From sequence record OK018184: DNA of 64,000 nucleotides; one strand, given 5' to 3'. Below the pieces are notes generated by a model. That model was not told the DNA's origin, did not search any database, and worked only from the letters and a program-made list of their open reading frames with translations. The first letter of the stretch is position 1, and each line of letters starts with the position of its first letter. Positions 1 through 11,225 of this stretch are shown piece after piece. Position numbers and translations under genes: made by a program. This DNA is from Shigella phage CT01.

Positions 1-1
1 C

Positions 2-233
2 AGCTGAAGAAGGCTATCATGACGATTTAGTCATGTCTTTGGTAATTTTTGGATGGTTATCAACACAATCAAAATTTATTGATTATGCTGACAAAGATGA
101 CATGCGATTAGCATCTGAAGTGTTTTCAAAGGAACTTCAAGATATGGGTGATGAATACGCTCCAGTTATATTTGTTGATTCGGTTCATTCTGCTGAGTAT
201 GTTCCAGTATCTCATGGTATGTCAATGGTATAA
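2..233 (+). CDS. 17: Terminase large subunit gp17, C-terminal end (5' part lies outside window)
   Basis: Frame-2 ORF open to window edge, ends ...VPVSHGMSMV; sits directly upstream of gene 18 as in T4 gene order. Confidence 0.65.
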   Translation, partial: AEEGYHDDLVMSLVIFGWLSTQSKFIDYADKDDMRLASEVFSKELQDMGDEYAPVIFVDSVHSAEYVPVSHGMSMV

Positions 234-236
234 ATA
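229..236 (+). promoter_or_regulatory. Late promoter (TATAAATA) for gene 18
   Basis: Exact TATAAATA about 29 nt upstream of gene 18 ATG; AAGAGG Shine-Dalgarno at 252-257. Confidence 0.7.
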
Positions 237-264
237 TATTAAAGCATATTAAAGAGGATTAAAA

Positions 265-2244
265 ATGACTTTATTATCTCCGGGCATTGAGCTCAAAGAA
301 ACTACGGTTCAAAGCACCGTGGTTAATAACTCTACTGGTACAGCAGCTTTGGCCGGTAAATTCCAGTGGGGTCCTGCTTTTCAGATCAAACAGGTTACAA
401 ATGAAGTAGATTTAGTTAATACTTTTGGTCAACCTACAGCTGAAACTGCTGACTATTTTATGTCTGCAATGAATTTCTTACAATATGGAAATGATTTGCG
501 AGTTGTGCGTGCTGTCGATAGAGATACCGCTAAAAACTCATCTCCGATTGCTGGTAATATTGAATACACTATTTCTACTCCAGGTAGTAACTACGCGGTT
601 GGAGATAAAATCACAGTTAAGTATGTTTCAGAAGACATTGAAACGGAAGGTAAAATTACCGAAGTAGATGCTGATGGAAAAATTAAGAAAATTAGTATTC
701 CTACCGCAAAAATTATCGCTAAAGCGAAAGAAGTCGGTGAATATCCAGCATTAGGTTCTAACTGGACCGCGGAAATTTCTTCGTCTTCATCTGGTTTAGC
801 TGCAGTAATAACTCTTGGAAAAATTATTACTGATTCCGGTATTTTATTAGCTGAGATTGAAAATGCTGAAGCTGCTATGACAGCGGTTGACTTTCAGGCA
901 AATCTCGAAAAATATGGAATTCCAGGAGTAGTAGCTCTTTATCCGGGCGAGTTGGGCGATAAAATCGAAATTGAAATCGTATCTAAAGCTGACTACGCAA
1001 AAGGTGCTTCTGCATTACTTCCAATTTATCCAGGTGGCGGAACACGCGCATCTACTGCCAAGGCAGTTTTTGGATATGGACCACAAACTGATTCGCAATA
1101 CGCTATTATAGTTCGTCGTAATGATGCTATTGTTCAAAGTATTGTTCTTTCAACAAAGCGTGGTGAAAAAGATATTTACGATAGTAACATCTACATTGAT
1201 GACTTTTTCGCAAAAGGCGGTTCAGAATATATTTTCGCAACTGCACAAAACTGGCCAGAAGGATTCTCTGGAATTTTAACTCTGTCTGGTGGATTATCAT
1301 CAAATGCTGAAGTAACAGCAGGAGATTTAATGGAAGCCTGGGACTTCTTTGCTGACCGTGAATCTGTTGACGTTCAGTTGTTTATTGCGGGTTCTTGTGC
1401 CGGTGAATCTTTAGAAACAGCATCTACTGTCCAAAAACACGTCGTTTCAATTGGGGATGCTCGCCAGGATTGCTTAGTATTGTGCTCACCACCGCGCGAA
1501 ACTGTAGTTGGAATTCCTGTAACTCGCGCTGTTGATAACTTAGTCAATTGGAGAACCGCAACAGGTTCATACACTGATAATAACTTTAATATCAGTTCAA
1601 CCTACGCAGCAATTGATGGTAACTACAAATATCAGTATGACAAATATAATGATGTAAATCGTTGGGTTCCATTAGCAGCTGATATTGCCGGTTTATGTGC
1701 AAGAACCGATAACGTTTCTCAGACTTGGATGTCTCCAGCTGGTTATAATCGCGGCCAGATTCTTAACGTTATTAAACTTGCTATTGAAACTCGCCAAGCT
1801 CAGCGCGACCGTTTATATCAAGAAGCTATCAACCCAGTAACTGGTACAGGTGGTGATGGTTACGTATTGTATGGTGATAAAACAGCTACTTCTGTTCCTT
1901 CTCCATTTGATCGTATTAACGTTCGTCGTCTGTTTAATATGTTGAAAACGAATATCGGACGTAGTTCAAAATATCGTTTGTTCGAATTAAACAACGCGTT
2001 TACTCGTTCATCATTCCGCACAGAAACTGCCCAATACTTACAGGGAATTAAAGCTCTCGGTGGAATTTATGAATATCGTGTAGTTTGCGATACAACAAAT
2101 AACACTCCGTCAGTAATTGATAGAAATGAGTTTGTTGCAACATTCTACATCCAACCGGCCAGAAGCATTAACTACATTACCTTGAACTTCGTAGCAACTG
2201 CTACTGGTGCAGATTTCGATGAGTTAACTGGTCTTGCAGGTTAA
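265..2244 (+). CDS. 18: Tail sheath protein gp18
   Basis: 659 aa ORF, same length as T4 gp18; position between 17 and 19. Confidence 0.93.
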   Translation: MTLLSPGIELKETTVQSTVVNNSTGTAALAGKFQWGPAFQIKQVTNEVDLVNTFGQPTAETADYFMSAMNFLQYGNDLRVVRAVDRDTAKNSSPIAGNIEYTISTPGSNYAVGDKITVKYVSEDIETEGKITEVDADGKIKKISIPTAKIIAKAKEVGEYPALGSNWTAEISSSSSGLAAVITLGKIITDSGILLAEIENAEAAMTAVDFQANLEKYGIPGVVALYPGELGDKIEIEIVSKADYAKGASALLPIYPGGGTRASTAKAVFGYGPQTDSQYAIIVRRNDAIVQSIVLSTKRGEKDIYDSNIYIDDFFAKGGSEYIFATAQNWPEGFSGILTLSGGLSSNAEVTAGDLMEAWDFFADRESVDVQLFIAGSCAGESLETASTVQKHVVSIGDARQDCLVLCSPPRETVVGIPVTRAVDNLVNWRTATGSYTDNNFNISSTYAAIDGNYKYQYDKYNDVNRWVPLAADIAGLCARTDNVSQTWMSPAGYNRGQILNVIKLAIETRQAQRDRLYQEAINPVTGTGGDGYVLYGDKTATSVPSPFDRINVRRLFNMLKTNIGRSSKYRLFELNNAFTRSSFRTETAQYLQGIKALGGIYEYRVVCDTTNNTPSVIDRNEFVATFYIQPARSINYITLNFVATATGADFDELTGLAG

Positions 2245-2260
2245 TACTGTGCATTCTAAA

Positions 2261-2278
2261 GGCCTGTTTCGGCAGGCC
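2261..2278 (+). terminator. GC-rich stem-loop after gene 18 (GGCCTG-loop-CAGGCC)
   Basis: Perfect 6-bp inverted repeat immediately 3' of gene 18 stop; no strong T-run, so may be an attenuator or processing hairpin. Confidence 0.4.
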
Positions 2279-2279
2279 A

Positions 2280-2287
2280 TATAAATA
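2280..2287 (+). promoter_or_regulatory. Late promoter (TATAAATA)
   Basis: Exact TATAAATA between genes 18 and 19. Confidence 0.55.
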
Positions 2288-2338
2288 CACTATATCCTTA
2301 ATTCTTTAATTCTATATGCCCTAGGTTAAACATAGGGA

Positions 2339-2346
2339 TATAAATA
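2339..2346 (+). promoter_or_regulatory. Late promoter (TATAAATA) for gene 19
   Basis: Exact TATAAATA 15 nt upstream of gene 19 ATG. Confidence 0.65.
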
Positions 2347-2360
2347 CTACAGAGGCTAAT

Positions 2361-2852
2361 ATGTTTGTAGATGATGTAACACGAGCGTTTGAATCTGGTG
2401 ATTTTGCTCGACCTAACTTATTCCAAGTAGAAATTTCTTATCTTGGACAAAATTTCACGTTTCAATGTAAAGCCACTGCTTTACCAGCTGGTATTGTAGA
2501 AAAAATTCCAGTCGGATTTATGAACCGTAAAATTAACGTAGCAGGCGATCGTACATTCGATGACTGGACTATTACAGTAATGAATGATGAGGCGCATGAT
2601 GCACGCCAGAAGTTTGTTGACTGGCAAAGCATTGCTGCTGGGCAAGGAAACGAAATTACTGGTGGAAAACCAGCAGAGTATAAAAAGAGCGCTATTGTAC
2701 GCCAATATGCTCGTGACGCTAAAACTGTAACAAAAGAAGTCGAAATTAAAGGCCTGTGGCCTACTAACGTGGGTGAACTTCAGTTAGATTGGGATTCAAA
2801 CAATGAAATCCAAACCTTTGAAGTAACTCTCGCTCTCGATTATTGGGAATAA
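2361..2852 (+). CDS. 19: Tail tube protein gp19
   Basis: 163 aa ORF, same length as T4 gp19; synteny. Confidence 0.92.
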   Translation: MFVDDVTRAFESGDFARPNLFQVEISYLGQNFTFQCKATALPAGIVEKIPVGFMNRKINVAGDRTFDDWTITVMNDEAHDARQKFVDWQSIAAGQGNEITGGKPAEYKKSAIVRQYARDAKTVTKEVEIKGLWPTNVGELQLDWDSNNEIQTFEVTLALDYWE

Positions 2853-2884
2853 AATGAATGGGGAGAAATCCCCATCCTGCTTAA

Positions 2885-4509
<1,625 letters not shown>

Positions 4510-4510
<1 letters not shown>

Positions 4511-4758
4511 TGGAAGGTTTAATTGAAGCTATTAAATCAAACGACCTCGTAGCCGCTCGTAAATTATTTGCTGAAGCCATGGCTGCAAGAACGATTGATT
4601 TAATTAAAGAAGAAAAAATCGCTATCGCTCGTAATTTCTTAATTGAAGGTGAAGAACCTGAAGACGAGGATGAAGATGATGACGAAGATAGCGATGATAA
4701 AGACGACAAAAAAGACAAAGACTCTGATGAAGATGACGAAGACGAGGATGATGAATAA
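4510..4758 (+). CDS. 67: Prohead core protein gp67 with poly-acidic C-terminal tail
   Basis: 82 aa ORF with Asp/Glu-rich tail; T4 gp67 is about 80 aa; synteny between 20 and 68. Confidence 0.85.
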
Positions 4759-5183
4759 TGCTTCTGATCCCTGAAACTCATGAATTAGTTCTCGAGAATG
4801 TCGAAGCACTTATTCCTGAAGCACAGGGTCGCTTTGACGAATTGTCTTCTGCTTTAAATAAAGACGATATAAATACAATTGTCGAGAATATGCTTGATGA
4901 TGAAACTGATTTAGCAGTTGCATTAGCTTCTATTAATGAAAATATGCCGTTAAATGAATTCATCGTTAAACATGTTTCTGCCCGTGGTGAAATTACTCGC
5001 ACTAAAGATCGCAAAACCCGCGAACGAAATGCATTTCAAACCACCGGGCTGTCTAAAGCAAAACGTAGACAAATTGCTCGTAAAGCTACCAAAACGAAGA
5101 TTGCCAATCCAGCAGGTCAATCTCGTGCTCAGCGTAAGCGTAAAAAAGCTCTTAAACGCCGTAAAGCATTAGGATTAAGCTAA
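4758..5183 (+). CDS. 68: Prohead core protein gp68
   Basis: 141 aa; synteny; overlapping stop/start with 67 and 21. Confidence 0.85.
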
Positions 5184-5821
5184 TGAATGAACCCCAATTA
5201 CTAATTGAAACTTGGGGTCAACCTGGCGAAATTATTGATGGCGTGCCAATGCTTGAATCTCACGATGGAAAAGACTTAGGTTTAAAACCGGGTTTATACA
5301 TTGAAGGAATATTCATGCAAGCGGAAGTCGTCAATAGAAATAAACGTCTTTATCCAAAACGCATATTAGAAAAAGCGGTAAAAGACTATATTAATGAGCA
5401 AGTTTTAACTAAACAAGCTCTCGGAGAATTAAATCATCCTCCACGCGCTAATGTTGACCCGATGCAAGCCGCTATCATTATAGAAGATATGTGGTGGAAA
5501 GGAAATGACGTATACGGACGAGCTCGTGTTATTGAAGGTGACCATGGTCCTGGAGATAAATTAGCAGCTAATATTCGTGCCGGATGGATTCCAGGAGTTT
5601 CTTCTCGTGGATTAGGTTCATTGACTGACACAAATAAAGGTTATCGTATCGTAAACGAAGGATTCAAATTAACTGTAGGTGTTGATGCAGTATGGGGTCC
5701 AAGTGCTCCAGATGCATGGGTAACTCCTAAGGAAATTACCGAATCACAGACGGCGGAAGCCGATACAAGTGCCGATGACGCCTATATGGCTCTCGCAGAG
5801 GCCATGAAAAAAGCGTTATAA
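5183..5821 (+). CDS. 21: Prohead core protease gp21
   Basis: 212 aa, T4 gp21 length; synteny. Confidence 0.9.
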   Translation: MNEPQLLIETWGQPGEIIDGVPMLESHDGKDLGLKPGLYIEGIFMQAEVVNRNKRLYPKRILEKAVKDYINEQVLTKQALGELNHPPRANVDPMQAAIIIEDMWWKGNDVYGRARVIEGDHGPGDKLAANIRAGWIPGVSSRGLGSLTDTNKGYRIVNEGFKLTVGVDAVWGPSAPDAWVTPKEITESQTAEADTSADDAYMALAEAMKKAL

Positions 5822-5824
5822 ATA
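5817..5824 (+). promoter_or_regulatory. Late promoter (TATAAATA) for gene 22
   Basis: Exact TATAAATA overlapping gene 21 stop, 28 nt upstream of gene 22 ATG. Confidence 0.6.
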
Positions 5825-5851
5825 TTATTATCTAAACAACAGGACTACAAA

Positions 5852-6661
5852 ATGCTTAAAGAACAACTGATTGCTGAAGCGCAAAAAATTGATGCTTCCG
5901 TTGCTCTTGATAGTATTTTCGAATCAGTTAATATTTCTCCGGAAGCAAAAGAAACTTTCGGCACTGTATTCGAAGCTACCGTCAAGCAGCACGCCGTTAA
6001 ATTAGCTGAATCTCATATCGCTAAAATTGCTGAAAAAGCAGAAGAAGAAGTAGAAAAAAATAAAGAAGAAGCAGAAGAAAAAGCTGAGAAGAAAATCGCT
6101 GAGCAAGCTTCTAAATTCATTGACCATCTTGCGAAAGAATGGCTCGCTGAAAATAAATTAGCAGTTGATAAAGGCATCAAAGCCGAACTGTTTGAATCCA
6201 TGCTTGGTGGATTAAAAGAGCTCTTTGTTGAACACAACGTTGTTGTTCCAGAAGAATCAGTTGATGTTGTGGCTGAAATGGAAGAAGAGCTGCAAGAACA
6301 TAAAGAAGAATCAGCTCGTCTGTTCGAAGAACTCAATATGCGCGACGCATATATTAATTATGTGCAGCGTGAAGTGGCATTGAGCGAAAGTACTAAAGAT
6401 CTGACTGAGTCTCAAAAAGAAAAAGTCTCTGCTCTGGTCGAAGGTATGGATTATTCAGATGAATTCTCAAATAAATTGAGTGCCATCGTAGAAATGGTGA
6501 AGAAGTCTAATAAAGATGAAAGCACTATTACTGAGGGTATAAATACTCCTGATACTGAAGCAGCCGGACTGAATTTCGTCACTGAAGCTGTAGAAGATAA
6601 AGCTGCACCTGGTGCAGAAGATATTGTAAGTGTATATGCGAAAGTCGCATCTCGTTTCTAA
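5852..6661 (+). CDS. 22: Prohead core scaffold protein gp22
   Basis: 269 aa, acidic coiled-coil-like sequence; T4 gp22 length; synteny. Confidence 0.9.
   Translation: MLKEQLIAEAQKIDASVALDSIFESVNISPEAKETFGTVFEATVKQHAVKLAESHIAKIAEKAEEEVEKNKEEAEEKAEKKIAEQASKFIDHLAKEWLAENKLAVDKGIKAELFESMLGGLKELFVEHNVVVPEESVDVVAEMEEELQEHKEESARLFEELNMRDAYINYVQREVALSESTKDLTESQKEKVSALVEGMDYSDEFSNKLSAIVEMVKKSNKDESTITEGINTPDTEAAGLNFVTEAVEDKAAPGAEDIVSVYAKVASRF
6538..6545 (+). promoter_or_regulatory. Late promoter (TATAAATA) inside 3' end of gene 22, candidate P23
   Basis: Exact TATAAATA about 135 nt upstream of gene 23 ATG. Confidence 0.55.
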
Positions 6662-6679
6662 TTTTAAAGGTTAACACAA

Positions 6680-8245
6680 ATGACTATCAAAACTAAAGCT
6701 GAACTTTTGAACAAATGGAAGCCATTACTGGAAGGTGAAGGTTTACCGGAAATTGCTAATAGCAAACAAGCGATTATCGCTAAAATCTTTGAAAACCAGG
6801 AAAAAGATTTCCAGACAGCTCCAGAGTACAAAGACGAAAAAATTGCTCAGGCATTCGGTTCTTTCTTAACAGAAGCTGAAATCGGTGGTGACCACGGTTA
6901 CAACGCTACTAACATCGCTGCTGGTCAGACTTCTGGCGCAGTAACTCAGATTGGCCCAGCTGTTATGGGTATGGTACGTCGTGCTATTCCTAACCTGATT
7001 GCTTTCGATATTTGCGGTGTTCAGCCGATGAACAGCCCAACTGGTCAGGTATTCGCACTGCGTGCTGTATATGGTAAAGACCCAATCGCTTCAGGTGCTA
7101 AAGAAGCATTCCACCCAATGTATGGTCCAGATGCAATGTTCTCTGGTCAGGGTGCTGCTAAGAAATTCGCTGCTTTGAAAGCAAGTGATACTCTTGAAGT
7201 TGGAACTATTTACACCCACTTCTTCCAGGACACTGGTACTGTGTATCTGCAAGCTACAGAAGCTAAACAAATTGATTCCACTGCATCTGACGTAGCTAAA
7301 TTAGATGCTGAAATTAAGAAACAAATGGAAGCTGGTGTACTGGTAGAAATCGCTGAAGGTATGGCTACTTCTATCGCTGAACTTCAGGAAGGTTTCAACG
7401 GTTCTACCGATAACCCATGGAATGAAATGGGCTTCCGTATCGATAAACAAGTTATCGAAGCTAAATCTCGTCAGCTGAAAGCTGCTTACTCTATCGAATT
7501 AGCACAAGACCTCCGCGCTGTTCACGGTATGGATGCTGATGCTGAACTGTCTGGTATTCTGGCTACCGAAATCATGCTGGAAATCAACCGTGAAGTTGTT
7601 GATTGGATTAACTACTCAGCTCAGGTTGGTAAATCTGGTATGACCCTGACTCCAGGTTCTAAAGCTGGTGTATTTGACTTCCAGGATCCGATTGATATTC
7701 GTGGTGCTCGCTGGGCGGGTGAATCCTTTAAAGCTCTGTTGTTCCAGATTGACAAAGAAGCAGTTGAAATTGCTCGTCAGACCGGTCGTGGTGAAGGTAA
7801 CTTCATTATCGCTTCCCGTAACGTAGTTAACGTTCTGGCTTCAGTTGATACTGGCATTTCTTATGCTGCACAGGGTCTGGCTACCGGCTTTAACACTGAT
7901 ACTACCAAGTCAGTATTTGCTGGTGTTCTGGGTGGTAAATACCGTGTATATATCGACCAGTATGCTAAACAGGATTATTTCACTGTAGGTTATAAAGGTC
8001 CGAACGAAATGGATGCTGGTATTTACTATGCTCCATATGTAGCTCTGACTCCGCTGCGTGGTTCCGATCCGAAGAACTTCCAACCAGTAATGGGATTCAA
8101 AACTCGTTACGGTATCGGTATCAACCCATTTGCAGAATCCGCTGCTCAGGCTCCGGCTTCTCGCATCCAGAGCGGTATGCCTTCTATTCTGAATAGCCTT
8201 GGTAAAAACGCTTACTTCCGCCGTGTATATGTTAAAGGTATCTAA
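6680..8245 (+). CDS. 23: Major capsid protein gp23
   Basis: 521 aa, T4 gp23 length; synteny. Confidence 0.95.
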   Translation: MTIKTKAELLNKWKPLLEGEGLPEIANSKQAIIAKIFENQEKDFQTAPEYKDEKIAQAFGSFLTEAEIGGDHGYNATNIAAGQTSGAVTQIGPAVMGMVRRAIPNLIAFDICGVQPMNSPTGQVFALRAVYGKDPIASGAKEAFHPMYGPDAMFSGQGAAKKFAALKASDTLEVGTIYTHFFQDTGTVYLQATEAKQIDSTASDVAKLDAEIKKQMEAGVLVEIAEGMATSIAELQEGFNGSTDNPWNEMGFRIDKQVIEAKSRQLKAAYSIELAQDLRAVHGMDADAELSGILATEIMLEINREVVDWINYSAQVGKSGMTLTPGSKAGVFDFQDPIDIRGARWAGESFKALLFQIDKEAVEIARQTGRGEGNFIIASRNVVNVLASVDTGISYAAQGLATGFNTDTTKSVFAGVLGGKYRVYIDQYAKQDYFTVGYKGPNEMDAGIYYAPYVALTPLRGSDPKNFQPVMGFKTRYGIGINPFAESAAQAPASRIQSGMPSILNSLGKNAYFRRVYVKGI

Positions 8246-8260
8246 TCTTTGACGATTTAA

Positions 8261-8276
8261 GGGACCTTCGGGTCCC
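8261..8276 (+). terminator. Rho-independent terminator after gene 23
   Basis: GGGACC-TTCG-GGTCCC hairpin followed by T-rich run. Confidence 0.65.
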
Positions 8277-8293
8277 TTTAGTTGTTTTTATGG

Positions 8294-8301
8294 TATAAAT
8301 A
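8294..8301 (+). promoter_or_regulatory. Late promoter (TATAAATA) for gene 24
   Basis: Exact TATAAATA about 28 nt upstream of gene 24 ATG. Confidence 0.65.
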
Positions 8302-8328
8302 AATCATATAAACCAAAAGGAAAGCGCA

Positions 8329-9612
8329 ATGGCTAAAATCAACGAACTTCTGCGCGAATCAACCACAACGAATAGCAACTCAATCGGTCGCCCAAATCTC
8401 GTTGCTTTGACTCGCGCTACCACTAAATTAATATATTCTGACATTGTAGCAACGCAAAGAACTAATCAACCTGTTGCTGCTTTTTATGGTATCAAATACC
8501 TTAATCCAGATAACGAATTTACTTTTAAAACTGGTGCTACTTACGCTGGCGAAGCTGGATATGTAGACCGAGAACAAATCACAGAATTAACAGAAGAGTC
8601 TAAATTAACTCTCAATAAAGGCGATTTATTCAAATATAATAATATCGTTTATAAAGTATTAGAAGATACACCATTTGCTACCATTGAAGAAAGCGATTTA
8701 GAATTAGCTCTTCAGATTGCAATTGTTCTTTTAAAGGTTCGTCTATTTTCTGATGCAGCATCAACAAGCAAATTTGAAAGTTCTGATAGCGAAATTGCGG
8801 ATGCTAGATTCCAGATTAATAAATGGCAAACCGCAGTTAAATCTCGTAAACTTAAAACTGGCATCACAGTTGAATTAGCACAAGATTTAGAAGCAAATGG
8901 ATTCGATGCTCCTAATTTCTTGGAAGATTTGCTTGCAACTGAAATGGCGGATGAAATCAATAAAGATATTCTGCAGTCTTTGATTACAGTATCAAAACGA
9001 TATAAAGTTACAGGAATTACTGATACTGGATTCATTGATTTGAGTTATGCATCTGCACCTGAAGCTGGCCGTTCATTATACCGAATGGTATGTGAAATGG
9101 TTTCGCATATCCAAAAAGAATCAACTTATACTGCAACGTTCTGTGTTGCTTCAGCTCGTGCCGCTGCGATTCTTGCTGCATCAGGTTGGTTAAAACATAA
9201 ACCAGAAGATGATAAATATCTTTCACAAAATGCCTATGGGTTCTTAGCTAATGGTTTACCGCTTTATTGCGATACTAACAGCCCATTAGATTATGTAATC
9301 GTTGGTGTAGTAGAAAATATCGGTGAAAAAGAAATTGTTGGATCAATTTTCTATGCTCCGTATACAGAAGGTCTTGACTTAGATGACCCTGAACATGTAG
9401 GTGCATTTAAAGTTGTAGTTGATCCAGAAAGTTTGCAGCCATCTATCGGTTTATTAGTTAGATATGCTTTATCAGCAAATCCTTACACTGTAGCAAAAGA
9501 TGAAAAAGAAGCAAGAATAATTGATGGTGGAGACATGGATAAAATGGCGGGTCGTTCAGATTTGTCTGTTTTATTAGGTGTTAAGCTACCAAAAATTATC
9601 GTTGATGAATAA
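8329..9612 (+). CDS. 24: Capsid vertex protein gp24
   Basis: 427 aa, T4 gp24 length; paralogue-like relation to gp23; synteny. Confidence 0.92.
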   Translation: MAKINELLRESTTTNSNSIGRPNLVALTRATTKLIYSDIVATQRTNQPVAAFYGIKYLNPDNEFTFKTGATYAGEAGYVDREQITELTEESKLTLNKGDLFKYNNIVYKVLEDTPFATIEESDLELALQIAIVLLKVRLFSDAASTSKFESSDSEIADARFQINKWQTAVKSRKLKTGITVELAQDLEANGFDAPNFLEDLLATEMADEINKDILQSLITVSKRYKVTGITDTGFIDLSYASAPEAGRSLYRMVCEMVSHIQKESTYTATFCVASARAAAILAASGWLKHKPEDDKYLSQNAYGFLANGLPLYCDTNSPLDYVIVGVVENIGEKEIVGSIFYAPYTEGLDLDDPEHVGAFKVVVDPESLQPSIGLLVRYALSANPYTVAKDEKEARIIDGGDMDKMAGRSDLSVLLGVKLPKIIVDE

Positions 9613-9618
9613 AACAAA

Positions 9619-9634
9619 GGGACCGAAAGGTCCC
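9619..9634. terminator. Bidirectional hairpin terminator between gene 24 (+) and rnlB (-)
   Basis: GGGACC-GAAA-GGTCCC hairpin flanked by A-run and T-run. Confidence 0.65.
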
Positions 9635-9641
9635 TTTTTAT

Positions 9642-10646
9642 TTAACTTACCAATTCAATCCAAGCCGGACGAAGTACATCTTGTACCATTTTAACTAATT
9701 CCTTTTTAATCAAAGAAGGATTATCTGCTTGAGTTAGAGTAATACCTTCACGAGAAGTTTCTTCCAAAATATCTTGAACAGTTAGTCCCATCACCTTTCC
9801 AAAATCCTTTGGACCAATTTCGCCAATTTTAGAAATAACGTTATTTACTCGGTTCAGTGTAACATAGCAAGCTAAAATTCCCAGCAATTTATTATCAGCT
9901 TCTGACAGCTCAACTTTAGCTTTAATAGGCTTATCAGACTTTTTCTTTTCGCTAAATTTAGAGTTCTTGCATTTGATGGCTACGCGATTGCCATTAGGCA
10001 TCCAAGAAGGATAACAAGGTTTCAATACATATCCTTCAGCAGTAAATACTTCGCCTTTTGCTTCTGCATTCCAAACGCATTTATTTGCATCAACTAATCC
10101 AGCATGGTCTACTGTAAAATTATAATCCTGGACAACAGAATCTAAATCGTTTGGCAATTTAATAAGCTCTTCAAATTTACCGCGACCTAAAAGTGGAGCC
10201 ATTTTAAATTTAAATGTATTACAAAATGATTCCATCATATAATCATCGACATAAGTTACATCACCGCTTTCCGTAGTAACAATAATGTCAAATACATAAA
10301 AATCTTTATCACCATAATCGACATTCTTCTGAATGCCAGGTCCAGCGAATTCGCCGAAGACTTGATAAGATACAACTGCTGAAGTTTCCATAATATCTTG
10401 TACTGCTTTAATGGAATCAGCGTAATTCTTTAGAATAATTTCATACCCAAAGAAATCTTCAGCAGGAAGAATAGGACCAGTACGTTTAGCACAAGTTACT
10501 TTATCACGCTCAATAATCAATGAAAAGTTTGTACCATGAATCTTTTCACGAGCTACCCATTCGCCGCCAGTCAATCCTAAACTGTAAAGTTTTTCAATGA
10601 ATTTAGAATTGTAATGATTTTCAAGACTGCTATACTTTTTAAACAT
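9642..10646 (-). CDS. rnlB: RNA ligase 2 (RnlB, gp24.1)
   Basis: 334 aa, T4 Rnl2 length; nucleotidyltransferase motif-I-like sequence ([10 protein letters not shown]); synteny. Confidence 0.9.
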   Translation of the reverse strand: MFKKYSSLENHYNSKFIEKLYSLGLTGGEWVAREKIHGTNFSLIIERDKVTCAKRTGPILPAEDFFGYEIILKNYADSIKAVQDIMETSAVVSYQVFGEFAGPGIQKNVDYGDKDFYVFDIIVTTESGDVTYVDDYMMESFCNTFKFKMAPLLGRGKFEELIKLPNDLDSVVQDYNFTVDHAGLVDANKCVWNAEAKGEVFTAEGYVLKPCYPSWMPNGNRVAIKCKNSKFSEKKKSDKPIKAKVELSEADNKLLGILACYVTLNRVNNVISKIGEIGPKDFGKVMGLTVQDILEETSREGITLTQADNPSLIKKELVKMVQDVLRPAWIELVS

Positions 10647-10655
10647 AATTAATCC

Positions 10656-10934
10656 TCAAAATGTAATTTCTAACCAATCACCATCACGTTGATCACTATT
10701 GACTTTAAAGCTAAATCCTTCTTTTCTCAGCCAATCACCAATTTCTTCAGTAATCAATTTATCGCGAGCGGTACAATAATAACTAAAATATGTTTTACCT
10801 TGTTCAGCTGCTTTATTAGCAAGTTCCGAAAAATCTTTAATAAAACACTCTAGTTTAAACTGTTTACTTTTAAGTGCTTTTTCGCGTAATTGATTAGCAA
10901 AAGATTCATTTTCATAAAGATCATACTGTTCCAT
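10656..10934 (-). CDS. Hypothetical protein (T4 24.2 position)
   Basis: 92 aa ORF in operon with rnlB. Confidence 0.6.
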   Translation of the reverse strand: MEQYDLYENESFANQLREKALKSKQFKLECFIKDFSELANKAAEQGKTYFSYYCTARDKLITEEIGDWLRKEGFSFKVNSDQRDGDWLEITF

Positions 10935-11136
10935 TTTTCACCTTTTTATTAATATGTCTTTTTCTATAGACAACTTTTTCTCGAGTCTCAAATTTATTCT
11001 TAGCAGTCATAGCTCGAGCCCACAATACAGCCACTTCTTTCGCCTGTAAGTTCAATTCACGAGCAATTTCAATGAATGACTTTCCAGACTCATGAAGAGT
11101 AAACACCACAACCTCAGTTCTCATAATCAATCTCAT
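10921..11136 (-). CDS. Hypothetical protein (T4 24.3 position)
   Basis: 71 aa ORF, overlaps downstream ORF start. Confidence 0.55.
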   Translation of the reverse strand: MRLIMRTEVVVFTLHESGKSFIEIARELNLQAKEVAVLWARAMTAKNKFETREKVVYRKRHINKKVKNGTV

Positions 11137-11204
11137 GTTATCGAGTTGGTGACATTATATACATCGTTTTCTGATTGTGTTTTGTGTGCTTTCAAAATGA
11201 AGAA

Positions 11205-11220
11205 AGGGGCCGAAGCCCCT
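11205..11220 (-). terminator. Hairpin terminator downstream of hoc
   Basis: GGGGC-CGAA-GCCCC hairpin just 3' of hoc stop on minus strand. Confidence 0.5.
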
Positions 11221-11225
11221 TATGA

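Noticed and set aside
6013-6336. 107-aa serine-rich ORF
   Set aside because: Antisense to gene 22, which is strongly supported; compositional artefact of the acidic coiled-coil codons.
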